Assembly (NCBI RefSeq): GCF_006345805.1
Contig: NC_042997.1
Location: 120,280,001 to 120,344,000 of the forward strand
DNA length: 64,000 bases
Direction of reading: 5' to 3'
Origin: Octopus sinensis
Taxonomy: Eukaryota
Both the position numbers and the translations under genes were made by a program. Positions 1-12,704 of the stretch are shown here, in pieces. Under the pieces are notes generated by a model, which saw only the letters and a list, made by a program, of their open reading frames with translations, was not told the DNA's origin and ran no database searches. The number at the start of each line of letters is the position of its first letter. Position 1 is the first letter of the stretch.

Positions 1-1099
1 AGTAATATTAGAGAATAGAGTGTTATCTGGAATGTCTATCAGAAGTTTAAAATTTAGAGTAAAATGATAAATTGTAGTGATATCACAAATGTCTCTAAGT
101 AGTTTAAAATTCAAGAGAAAATTAGTGTCAGACTTCTACTATTAAATAGTTAAGTATAGTTCCATTGTGGTATAGGGAAACTATGATGGAAACAAACAGA
201 GTTGAAATATCATAGAACATAGGATTGTAAATAATACTGAGTTCTTGAATGAATAGTTCTGTTATAATAATTAGGAGAGAGACACAGTATATGATGAGGT
301 TTACTGTATAGATCACTATCGATGCATGAATTCCGTGTTGGGGTTAAATTCTTGTTTTTCAGTCATACATTGCTGAATTCAAACGACATTATTCAATTAC
401 AGTTTAGATATTATTCTACTTTTCTTAAAAATCATGATTTAAAAAAATATATAACGATATATTCAGAACAGAAGTCTATATTAATATGTGAGGAATTTTC
501 ATTAGGTTTGAAATGCGGTGTATATTTAGCTGTGTTTAACTCTTGAAACGGTAGCATCACTATGATTTATGAAAATACACAACTTAATTGTTCTAGTTCA
601 TTTTCATAAGCATTTGGCCCCTATCGTCTTCGATAACCACGCTTTAAACCTTCCCTATGTATGTCAGTATATCTCTGTAAGGTTAATACCCTTTTCGGGA
701 CAACTCAACCATAGTAATATTTACATAGAATAACTTACACTAGGCAATATTTGGAACTGTATACCGATAGGCAATATAAATTTATCACGGCTATTTTATT
801 ATTCGTTTGGAGGCAAATTCTGTTTATCATTTTATTATTTGGTATAACCTAAGCATGTCGTTAGATTTACCATCATTAATTGCCAATATCATTTCATATT
901 CTGAATGTAATTTTATATAGTTCGAACAAATTTCCTCCTACTTTCTCTCCCACCCACTTTCACTTCCTCTCTCTCTTCCACTCTTTCTCTTTCATTTTCT
1001 CTCTCTCTCTATGCATATATACATACGAATATACATACATGCATGTGTGTTGTGTGTGTTGTGCGCGTTGTGTGTCTGTGCGTGTGTATACACGTAGAC

Positions 1100-1146
<47 letters not shown>

Positions 1147-3654
1147 TATATACATACATACGTACATACATACATACATGCGTACGTACATACATACATA
1201 CGTATGTACATACATACATACGTACATACATACATACATACATGCATACATACATACATACATACATACATACATACATACAGACATACATACATACATA
1301 CATACATGCAAACATATAGATACTGAGAGCAGTGAGGTTTATTCCGAATCTGATAAAGGAAATAGTGTGGATGGGAGCCTACGTTAAAGTATGAACTAAA
1401 AGCGAAGAATTGTTCCTGATTTACACAACATTCTACATCTATCAATTTTTTGGGTAAATGCCAAATAAAACAAGTAAGAAATTTGTGTCATTAATTCGCC
1501 AACTTAGAAAATTGATTTATAGAATTCTTGAATCTAAACGAAAAATACTCTATTTACAATAATTTCATTTCTTACAACAGGAATAGAATATTAGCCATAA
1601 TTGATTTCTAACCCAGACATGAGATCTTGGATTTATAGTGAGTGTATTAAAATATTTCTGCAGGCAGAAAGCCAGTCTTGTAACGAATGAGTGCATATTA
1701 GATACTGCAAACGACAGAAGAGAGAAGATAAAATGCAGAGAATAACGTGAGTGAGTCTTAGCAACGGAATCGTGGGTGGCTAAATTAAATATTTTATTTC
1801 CCTAAAATCATTTTTACTGAAGTTCTGATAATGATACGTATAACTGATGCATACAAACACGCTTTATTTGGGGTGAGGTGTACTCCAATAATTTTGACGT
1901 TCATCCCACCCGTAAAAATCAACAACAAAACACAGAGACAGCAGCGAAGGGAATTAATTTAGCGACGGCTACTAAGTGAAAATGAAACAACATTAAACTA
2001 CTATTTGCCATTCTATCAGTTTTATTTCTAATACCCTGGTACTTAATACGGATATATTTTGGCCGTGGATAATTTCTCATTAAGGTGTAATGCACTGAAT
2101 ATCAATTAATATTTGGTAAGTCTACTACATGCGAAAAATAGTTTGCATTCTGAGAAACTTCAAATTATTTGGTTGACGTCAAGTTTTATGAAATTAACAC
2201 ATAATAGATGGACAATTGGTCATCGTAATTTCCAATATATTGAATAACACTTAAATTTTTTTTCGATTTACGTAACATGTCATACTGTGCCGCAACAAAA
2301 GCACAGCAAAATGAGATCTTAAGTACTAGATTCTTCTATCAGTGATCTTTGGTATTGATTTAACGTAATAAAGAGAATCTACATTAAATTGTTATAAATA
2401 GCAGATCATACACTAGTTTTAGTATGACAAATACGTACGAGATAATCCTCAATTCACTGTACTTCTTTAGAAAGATGGCTTCGATACAGATAAAATGTTG
2501 TTGATCATAAGTTTTCAATCATTACTGACTAAAGGTTAAACAAAATAACCACTGCTTATAAATGGGGTCACATCAGAATCGATAACCTTCGTAGTAAGTG
2601 GACTGTCACTATTATATTCTGAACTGTTTGATTTATAAGGTTATCTATCCTTTTCTTTGCAATCTAATCAAACTTTGCACAGGTTGCAGATCGGTCGTAA
2701 GCTAAAATAATATCCTTAGTATACACAATTTTTGTTTACTTTTCTTTCAACATTTATCTATATTTGCAAGATTCCGAAGCGTGTTACGTGAGGACAAGTT
2801 ACAATGAGACGCTATATTTATTTATCGAACATGTGAAAAGAAAACAAAACTGAAATGCAACACGATCAAATGTAATGCGGAGAAGAAGAAAAAAATAACG
2901 TGTGCTATATCTGCTTCGATACTTTGAATGTTAGCAATTTTAGGTACCAATTAATGCATGTACAAAATAGCAGTAGTCGATTAAATAATTCACACTTGGT
3001 TTATTATGAGAAAAAATTATTACTATCCTCCACAAAATGAAACAAAATGTAAGTTTTTCCATACCTGAGAAGGCCGTTTAGGGTATTACGCTATCCCCCA
3101 GTATAGCGTAAACCATTTGTAAATGTAACAACTTAAGTTTCAAAATCCATTAGGAAAAGTGAACCTCCGTATTGATTCTTTTTGTAAGAACGATTTTGTT
3201 TTATAAAAATTAGGTTGCCCCATAGAGTAGGTACTATGTGCAATGAACGGGCGATCGATATATATGTATAAATAATATATCGCTGACTCATAATACGTTC
3301 TGCTGTGGATCTTTAAATAGAAACATTATTTTCAGTGTATGCTTTGCTCCTCAAAGCAGAATGTAGTGATGTAGCGGGAGGAAAGCAAAAGAGACGTATC
3401 CTCAATCAGCGTTATGAACAAATTAACTTTCGTCTAAATCTGCCTTTCATAACCTTAATCCGCAGGCTAAGCTCAGCTTTGTTACTGAAATAATCCTCTA
3501 TTGTCCGAGATTGACAATTTAATAATGAGTGCAAGTTTGAATGACTAAACCTCATACACAATCCCAGACAAAAAAAAAAGCGCTCACGAAAGAACATATG
3601 TGCAACCACTTCACACAAAACAAGAGGACACTCGTATCACTCATATGTATACTG

Positions 3655-3689
<35 letters not shown>

Positions 3690-3808
3690 TACACTCGCAC
3701 ATATATATATGTATATATGTATGTATGCATGAATGCATACGAATGTATTGTGTCTACATATGATATATATATATATATATGCATACACACACACACACAC
3801 ACACCCAC

Positions 3809-3854
<46 letters not shown>

Positions 3855-3894
3855 TTATATATATATAATATATATCATATTATATTACATAATA

Positions 3895-4290
3895 TAAGAG
3901 AAAAATAAACACGAATGCAGAACTAGTATTTCAAGTCATTTATAATAAGTTAATTAGGGCAAGATGAATATGACGTCTTACAGTCGTTTCTGGGATAACA
4001 CACGTAGTAGGTTAGCATGTCCGTGCACTGGGTATTACATCATCAGAGATAAGGTATGAATATTTTTAGGCGGGGAAAGATTTAAACATTAGAAAGAATA
4101 AAATTCCCCACCTAATTTGTTGATATCTTGTCTTTGGTGATGGAAAACCCAATGCACTGACATGCTAACCTGCCATTTGGGAAATATCCCAGAACGTTTG
4201 TAAGACTTTAAATACCCCTTACCCTAATTAAATCATTCAAAATGATTTGAGATACTCGTTCAGTCTTGATTTTGATTTTTCTTTTAATAT
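3895..4290. mobile_element. Family E: diverged inverted pair (arms ~3920-4078 and ~4102-4261), PLE pLTR-like, each arm with a decayed hammerhead
   Basis: The reverse complement of the right arm aligns along the left arm (e.g. TTAATTAGGG, GTCTTACA, TTCTGGGATA, GGTTAGCATGTC-GTGCA-TGGGT). Minus 3975-4050 reads TCT-CTGATGA...TATCCCA-GAAAC-GACT-GTA-AGAC. Plus 4130-4206 reads GTCT-TTGGTGA...TATCCCA-GAAC-GTTT-GTA-AGAC. Confidence 0.65.
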
Positions 4291-4456
4291 GAATTATACA
4301 TGCTATAATGGAATCCTAACACGGATCTCTGGATTTAGCCTTAGCTCTGATCTTAGAGCCTAACGGTCGACCTACTATAGTACTTACTCCTATTCGTGGC
4401 TAAACCTTTCATATTCTATATATATGTATGTATATATATAATATGTATATGTATAT

Positions 4457-4540
<84 letters not shown>

Positions 4541-4564
4541 TGTAAGTATGTAGATATTATATAT

Positions 4565-4815
4565 TTGCTGTCAGTTACCCAGACAGCTATATTTAATAAC
4601 TATGCCGACGACACAAAGGAATATAAGGGGTTGGTCAAGGAATCTTCTGATGCTGATCTACAAAAAAGACCTAGATACCAAATATAAATGGACTGAAGAA
4701 AACAGCAAGCAACTTAAACCAGGGAACTTCTAAGCCCTCCACACTTACTTGGCCAGTGCTCACATGCCGTAACAACGATACATAATACGAAAAGGAGCTG
4801 TAATCCCTGAGACAA
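4565..4815 (+). mobile_element. Decayed CR1/L2-like LINE reverse transcriptase fragment
   Basis: Manual translation gives NYADDTKEYKGLVKESSDADLQK, then after a frameshift DLDTKYKWTEENSKQLKPG. This matches the YADDTK..LQxDL...W...N pattern of CR1-group RTs. Confidence 0.6.
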
Positions 4816-5688
4816 GTACATATATATATATATATATATAATTTGGTATCAGATAAAACTTTCATATATATATGTGTATGTATGTATGTATGTGTGTATG
4901 TATGTATATAATGTATAATATATAACTATATGCATATATGTACATACCCACATATATGTGTATATATACATGTATATATGGGTACAGGACAAAATAAACG
5001 TTCAATACAATGAGAAACGAAAACATAAAAACAAAAACATAGACAAAGAGAGAGGGAAAGAGAAAGAGAGAGAGAGAGAGATTCAAAGCTGGTCGAAACA
5101 TTGTACGTGGAGTGAGAGAGCGAGGGTAAGGAGAGTGCATGCGTTTAAGATATACATAAATCTGATATGCCCTTAAGCACATGGACTCAAATTTTCTGCT
5201 CTGTGATCATTTGGTCTTCACAAGAGTGTTGATGATGTCACTGTTAGCGAAAGCCATATTTACTATTTTAAAATCCCGTCTTTAGTTTCACTGCTATTCC
5301 TAGCAGTTGGATCTGTTTACGTTTCTTCGGCATGAGACATCGCCAAATGAAAATAAAAACGAGTAAATTAGTCTTTTTCAGTCATTTGATACAAAACCAA
5401 ATATAAATGTAAGTCTCATATTTATGAGACTCATATTTACATTCAGACATTGACAAATATAGGCACATATATGATCACACACACACGTATGAATATATTT
5501 ATATAAATATTTATACAAAATAATAGTTATCGCCATACTAATATGGCATTCTTATAAAAATAAGAATAAAGCTGTCCGCTTATTAGCTCCATGAGGCCAT
5601 CGCCTTAAGTTAGCTATTTGATACACAAACTGTATCCATATAACCTTCGAACAAGGGAGGTCAGTCGCTCCACACTACTTGACCGGCA

Positions 5689-5730
5689 GCTACAGACGCG
5701 TTTCGGGGTATTGCCCCTTTTCAATGCAGC
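5689..5730 (-). ncRNA. Minimal type-I hammerhead ribozyme, U3-A8 core variant
   Basis: Exact reverse complement of the 6221-6262 motif. Confidence 0.75.
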
Positions 5731-6220
5731 GTAGCCAGCCAGTAGGTGTCGCTTCCGACAATCTTTGTTCGATGGTTTTATTTACCTAGTTTCGGTGGAA
5801 TACATCCACTTGTTTTCAATAATAGAAATATTAAAATTACTAAGTCTCTCCGAAAGAGAACAGCGGCAGCGTTCCCGGAAAATAATAGTTATCGCCATAC
5901 TGCCGGTCAAGTAGTGTGGAGCGACTGACCTCCCTTGTTCGAAGGTTACATGGATACAGTTTGTGTATCAAATAGCTAACTTAAGGCGATGGCCTCATGG
6001 AGCTAATAAGCGGGCAGTTTTATTCTTATTTTTATAAGAATGCCATATTAGTATGGCGATAACTATTATTTTCCGGGAACGCTGCCGCTGTTCTCTTTTG
6101 GAGAGACTTAGTAATTTTAATATTTCTATTATTGAAAACAAGTGGATGTATTCCACCGAAACTAGGTAAATAAAACCATCGAACAGAGATTGTCGGAAGC
6201 GACACCTACTGGCTGGCTAC

Positions 6221-6262
6221 GCTGCATTGAAAAGGGGCAATACCCCGAAACGCGTCTGTAGC
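6221..6262 (+). ncRNA. Minimal type-I hammerhead ribozyme, U3-A8 core variant
   Basis: GCUGCA-UUGAAAA-GGGG-caaua-CCCC-GAAAC-gc-GUC^UGUAGC. Stem I 6 bp (one G.U), stem II 4 bp, palindromic stem III ACGCGU, GUC cleavage triplet. Confidence 0.75.
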
Positions 6263-6747
6263 TGCCGTCAAGTAGTGTGGAGGCGACTGACCTCCCTTGT
6301 TCGAAGGTTATATGGATACAGTTTGTGTATCAAATAGCTAACTTAAGGCGATGGCCTCATGGAGCTAATAAGCGGACAGCTTTATTCTTATTTTTATAAG
6401 AATGCCATATTAGTATGGCGATAACTATTATTTTCCGGGAACGCTGCCGCTGTTCTCTTTTGGAGAGACTTAGTAATTTTAATATTTCTAATATTTATAC
6501 ATATCTGTGTATATCTGTTGTTCATATGCATTTGTGCGTATATATAAAAAAAAAACAGACTGATACGGTGTGTGTGTGTGTGTATGTGTGTGTCTAGCTA
6601 TCAAACAGTGTGTCTTTCTGTCTATTTATTCATCTACTCTTTCTCTCCTTGTCTCTCTCTCTCTCTCCCGCTCACAAACTCTGTCTCTTACTCGCTCTCT
6701 TCGTCGCTCACTCTTTCTTTCGTTCTTTCTCTCCCTCTCCCTCTCCA

Positions 6748-6789
<42 letters not shown>

Positions 6790-6928
6790 AATATATATAT
6801 ATATCACCGTGACCGTGACCGACCAGCCATCAGATGTTGCTACATATTGCTGGTCACAATGTGCTTCGCACTGTTTTAGCCTTCAAATGACGCCACCCCG
6901 CAGGTTAAGTGAGCAGACCAATATATAT

Positions 6929-7127
6929 ACTCTTCACTCTTTTACATGTTCCAGTCATTTGACTGTGGCCATGCTGGAGCACCGACTTTAGTCGAGCAAA
7001 TCGACCCTGGGACTTATCGGTCTTTTTTGCCGAACCGCTAAGTGACGGGGACGTAAACACACCAGCATCGGTAGTCAAGGAATGCTCGGGGGACAAACAC
7101 AGACACACACACACACACACACACACC

Positions 7128-7158
<31 letters not shown>

Positions 7159-7338
7159 GTATATATACATATATACGACAGTCTTCTTTAAGTTTCCGTC
7201 TACCAAATCCACTCACAAGGCATTGGTCGGCCCGGAGCTATAGCAGAAGACACTTGCCCAAGATGCCACGCAGTGGGACTGAACTCGGAACCATGTAGCT
7301 GGTTAGCAAGCTACTTACCACACAACCACTCCTGCGCC
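6929..7338 (-). mobile_element. tRNA-derived SINE family 1 (head GGCGCAGGAGTGG...), full length
   Basis: Same family as 63391-63797. Pol III A/B-box-like head, CTTGGGCAAG segment, internal (TA)/(TG) microsatellite, AAAAGAGT tail. Confidence 0.85.
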
Positions 7339-8775
7339 TATATATATATATGTGTGTGTGTTTGTGTTTATGTGTATGTGTCTGTACGCGTGCAAGTGTA
7401 TGTACGTATATTCTTTTATTCTTTTATTGGTTTCATCACAAAGGTTGTGGCCATGCTGGTGCATCGGCAAGATCTATACCTTTCCAATGGCTTTTGCTGT
7501 CCTCATTTGAGTTTCTTGCACTCTTGTAAGTTCATCATGGATCTTGGGCAGCAGAAGGTTAAATTCCTTTTTAGGAACATCAACCCCCACTCCATGTAGA
7601 GCTCTCAGACATTTTGGCAAATTATTAGACGACTGCTGGCCTTCGTATTGCAAGCTATTGTAGTACCTGTCCCTTAATCTAGACGGAATGCATTGCGCAA
7701 ACTGTTGCAACGTCCGAACAGTGTTAGCTTGTGCAATTATATAGACCAGCTCTTATCAGTTTAGAAGAAACCTGACTATGAACAGAGGCAGTCGTGGAGA
7801 TAGCTTACTCACATTTAGCAAGGTGAGGTAGGCACAGTTACCCCTTCCGGTGGCTCTGACGAAGCAGGTCGTGCGGTGAAGGAGAATAAAAAGATTCAGA
7901 ACAATCCTTTCACTAAATACATCAGCAACATTTTCAAGTCCATTTTTGGAAAGCAAAATGGAGATGGAGCGGTAAGTGCTCGCCCCCAGTGAAATCTTCA
8001 ATACGTAATTTATTTTTGTGCACTTATAATGGTGACTGGAACTACTCTAAGATTATGAATCGAGATTAAAGAGCGATAATTAGGTGACGTTTTGAAACCT
8101 TGGTATCCATGGTGATCCTGTGTCTACCGGCTCCTTTGACTGACACTCGCTGGAGATTCTTGTATATCAGAAGGAATTCACCATCCAAGTTTCACACATT
8201 TTGTATACAATATATATAGTTCTTATCTCATCACCTCCTTCTCTGCTTTTCTTCCATCTCCTTTTTTCTAAAGTCCCCATATCTGATAACCCTGTGATAC
8301 AGAAGAATTTATTATAATCATACTATTATTATTGAGCGAAGGAGCAGTACATAACATCAAAGCGACAGTGGAATAAAATATACGAAGTCCAGTATACTCA
8401 TTATGACTACCTGTCTGATACGGTTTTTATTATTACTATTCTTAAAATATTAGCAACATTTTTGAGATCCACTTTCTAATGATATGTTAGTGTTGCATTC
8501 GTATAAGTTATCTCACTTAACCACAATATTAAAGTAGTTTTATAAGATTAACACCAATAAAACAAACATGACTATGGATATATACTGATCTTTTGCAATC
8601 GTTTGCAATCGTCACGCCGCTAACATGTAAAACACTAACTGCATTAGATGACGATTTCATCGTAACGTCACAATAGTTGACATGTATAAATTGATTGAGG
8701 ATAACAGTTGTTCCTGTATAAAAAAAACAGTAATACCACCTCCTATATATAAAAAAAAACATAAGTACGTACACG

Positions 8776-8850
<75 letters not shown>

Positions 8851-10269
8851 ACACACATACACACACATACACACACATACACACACGAGCTCAAGTAGAT
8901 GGAAGGTAAAATCTCTTCATATAATACGGATTATAAAATATAATTGCTCGGATTAGGATATAATAGTGATTTGTAATATACACGTTACATTAACACACTA
9001 ACACAATATAAGGCCGTCTATAGGGAAACATGGAGTAGATGACTCAATGGTGTTTTGTAAATATTGCAGGAGTATAAATAGGAGATATTGTGGGGTAGTT
9101 GCATACTATAATATTATAGTTGACAGATGTAATGAATTACTATTTGTCAATCCACAGGTCAACACTGATAGATCAATCTAATGATGAGATGCTATTCGTC
9201 TTTGAAGAGGCAAATAAGACTAGAACCACAATAAATGTCACCATATAAGAGATTTGTCTATCATTTCTCGCAGATAAAATCTGATAAAATTATGTATTAC
9301 CACTACTGAATTATAACTTATCAAGGGCTCTTGTACACGCCGACTAAATATTAGAATGTTAGCAGAATCAGTTGAATAGTGTTTGCTCGTTTAGAACAGA
9401 GCGCATCCACAGCGATATGATGCAAATTCTCAAGAACTACGATAAGTGATTATCAAAAACTATGAGAGTTTGAAATATTAATTTCTTGACACAGGACTTG
9501 AAGAGACTCAAAGTAGATTGAGCAATCAGAATGTTTGAACTCAAGATACATTAACCACGCGTTATTTGCAATACCCTGTCCGCTTTAAAGCTCACCTTTC
9601 CATGATTTTTCAAATGTTAGATGATGGCAAGAAGTCCTGATGCCAGAGACACTGTCGCTATTCAATTTTATCAACCCCGCTGGATGCCAAAGAGCAGGAT
9701 TTGATCTCAGCACGTAAAGGCCCGAAACAAATCACAACGCATTTTTATCGATGCGAAAGCGATTCTGCTAGTTCAGAAAGTTCGCCTCTGAAAGATTGAG
9801 AGAACATATCGCGTCAAATAAAAGAATTTAAGAGATATAAAGAATTTCGAACAAGAAAATTGGGAGTAAATTATATTTAACGTTAAAAAACTACAACTTA
9901 AACTAAATTGACCAAAGTAGATACTATTAAGAAAATGTTATATGCAACGTGTTAGATTTTCTCATGTGACCGTAATATCAAAAGTAACAACAGCAATAAT
10001 ATATCAGCCATCCATCAATTCATCCATCACTCCATACATTTATGTGAATGTGTATGTGTGTGTCTACGTGTATACGTGTGTGTATTTGTGTGTTTGTGTG
10101 TGTGTGTGCGCGCGCGTGTACGTATCTGTGTTATACATAGATATTTACATATATATATAGGTAATTTCGCTCAATAAACAATCAAAACGCACTGTCTGGG
10201 AATCGAAACCGCTATCCTACGACCGCCAGTCCTCTGCCTGAATCACTGGGCCATTGAGCATCGACATAC

Positions 10270-10350
<81 letters not shown>

Positions 10351-10437
10351 ATCAATACGATCACTGGTAAACGATAGCCTGAGATGGATTTCTTTTGAGG
10401 CCTGCGAAACTTTAAATTAGATAGAACCGAATCAAGC

Positions 10438-10484
<47 letters not shown>

Positions 10485-10817
10485 CACACACAGACACACA
10501 CACACACACATTTCACTAAGAGATGTGATAATACTTGCTTCTTAGAAAAGTAATACGAATCATTTTATTTGTCCATTTCACCAGTCTTCCATTCAAAGAT
10601 CTTCCTGGTTGACAACTTTCAAATTGCATATTTTAATAGTTTACATGCACATACACATACATGCGCACAGATAGAAGGAGAGAGAGAGGGCGAGAGCTAG
10701 AGAGGGATGAAAATGGTGATAGATATATGGATAGATGCTTAATGATGTATCTCAGAATTTCCAAACGAGTGTTCCGTTGCTCTATGAATCGAACTACCAT
10801 GCTCATTCGAACTATCG

Positions 10818-11188
10818 TGGCACTCTGTCGGTTACGACGACGAGGGTTCCAGTTGATTCGATCAACGGAATATCCTGCTAATGAAATTAACGTGCAAGTG
10901 GCTGAGCAATCTACACACACGTGTACCCTTAACGTAGTTCTCGTGGAGATTCAGCGTCAGGCAGAGTGTGACAAGGCTGGCCCTTTGAAATACAGGAACA
11001 ACAGAAACAGGAAGAAAGAGTGAAATTTGTCGTGAAAGAGTACAGCAGGGTTTTCCACCACCACCCCTGCTGGAGCCACGTGGAGCTTTAGGTATTTTCG
11101 CTCAATAAATAAAACCGTCGGTCTGGGAATCGAAACCGCCATCCTATGACCACGAGTCCGCTGCCCTAATCACTGGGCCATTGCACCC
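10818..11188 (-). mobile_element. tRNA(Arg)-like SINE family 2, full length (partial copies ~10160-10265, ~21170-21420, ~23348-23530)
   Basis: Minus-strand head GCAATGGCCCAGTGATTAGGGCAGCGGACTCG...GGTTTCGATTCCC has A and B boxes. The body recurs in the other copies. Confidence 0.8.
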
Positions 11189-12704
11189 GACATTCGAATT
11201 AGCATGCAAGCAACTCTTCCTCTAATACGTGTAGGCTTAATGTAATTCTGAAGCGTTTTAGTTTGACGGTGTGACAAGGCTGTACATTTAATTAACAGCT
11301 AAATTCCATATTGTGGGGTCTCCCTCATTTCACGTCTACGTAATTTCATTCGCAAGGTATCGGTCGGCCTGAGGCTATTGAAAATATGGCTTCCTCGAGA
11401 TATCAAAGGGTCATCATGACTCCGAAACGAACATTTGAAACCATTCAACCACACCATGTTATACATGAATGATAACAGAGGCACATCATTTATTCAAGGT
11501 TTAATACCGAACGTATGAAAAATGTACAATCGAATGCGCTTATATGTGATCGTTGCTGCGCGAAAAGTGTTTTAATAAAATGGTGGCTTGGTAGTAAGAA
11601 GTTTGGTTCTCAACCACATGGTTCCGTGTTCAATCCAACAGCGTGGCACTTTGAACATATTTTTTTTTTGTATGTGTATGTGTGTTTGTCCTCTGTGTTT
11701 GTTTATTCACATAAAATCTAAGTTTTAACCGTAAAAAACTAGGCTTTAAAATGCAAGTAGTCGAGGCGATTTGTTCGAGTAAAAGTTTCAAGTTAGTGCT
11801 GCAACGGGGCTGCAGTCCAATGACTGGAACCAGCAATAGATAAAAAATATGCAACATATGAAACATGTGATCAATCGGTATAATCAAGCAATCTTGTCTA
11901 CATGAACGCAGGCAAAGAAGCCAACACGTGCATGTAGCGTTACACATGTAGCGTTGGCAATATTACATGCTGAGGAAATTATTCGTTCCTGCCTCCGATC
12001 ACTATCAAAGCAAAGCAAAATATAATGACATAACGTATAATATATGCGTTTCTGTGTTGAAAGACAAGAGTGTAACAACTGGTGTAACGCAAATTACGAG
12101 ATCAACAACACTAAATAATGCAACGTTGAGTCAAAGAATGAATCGCTATATGCGTAGTGTCGCATCCGTTGCATGGTAGAGTATGTCGCATATTACAGAT
12201 GGTACTGTTCGATGTATTGAAAGGGGAAGAAGAAGAAGAAGAAGAAGAAGAAGAAGAAGAAGAAGAAGAAGAAAGAAAGAAAAGTTGAAGAAATTGAAGT
12301 TGAAGTTGAAGAAAAAGAAGCAAAAGAAAGAAAGAAGAAGGAGGAGGAGGAGGAGGAGGAGAAGATAAAGAAGACGAAGAAAGAGAAGAAGTGATTGATG
12401 TATATAAGCGATAATTATATAAACGCTTATTTGTAGTGAGCTGCGATGAATGGAAAAGAGAAATTACAAAAGGAAAATACTACGACACACTACAAAGTAT
12501 TTGGCACCGAGGTTTCAAGTTCAACTCTCGATGTGATGACCTCTGAAATATCATTTTAATAATAATGTAAATAATTTTAGAAACAAACTGGTTCTAAAAT
12601 TTCAAAAATGTAGTATTACTTCTATATGATATTTATGAAGAAACAAGCAAACATGAACAGGTGTTATACACACATAGGCAAACGCACGTAAACATAAATA
12701 TATA

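Larger units (their letters stand above)
5517..6490. mobile_element. Family A: retrozyme/PLE pLTR-like element, ~362-bp unit. One minus-strand unit (5517-5900) is joined to ~1.6 tandem plus-strand units (5901-6490).
   Basis: Near-identical direct and inverted copies are visible. GCC(G)GTCAAGTAGTGTGG recurs at 5902 and 6264. No ORF. Contains hammerhead motifs. Confidence 0.85.

Noticed and set aside
1-780. Possible PLE RT/linker relic (minus ..FIQEL..YDISTLFVSI.., plus ..LNLPYV..)
   Set aside because: Only a few residues resemble RT motifs and the neighbouring motifs are not recoverable, so it is too weak to call.
880-1445. Overlapping 100-160 aa ORFs here and at many other (TA)n, (CA)n, (TACA)n and (TCTA)n tracts
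   Set aside because: These are translations of microsatellites (YIYI, HTHT, MYVC, LSIY).
3086-3110. 8-bp hairpin TACGCTAT/ATAGCGTA
   Set aside because: Isolated, with no ribozyme core or second copy.
6280-6380. HDV-like ribozyme reading of the shared module (ACCUCCC as P3/L3, GCUAA as J4/2)
   Set aside because: No P2 or P1 complementarity can be built in families A, B or C.
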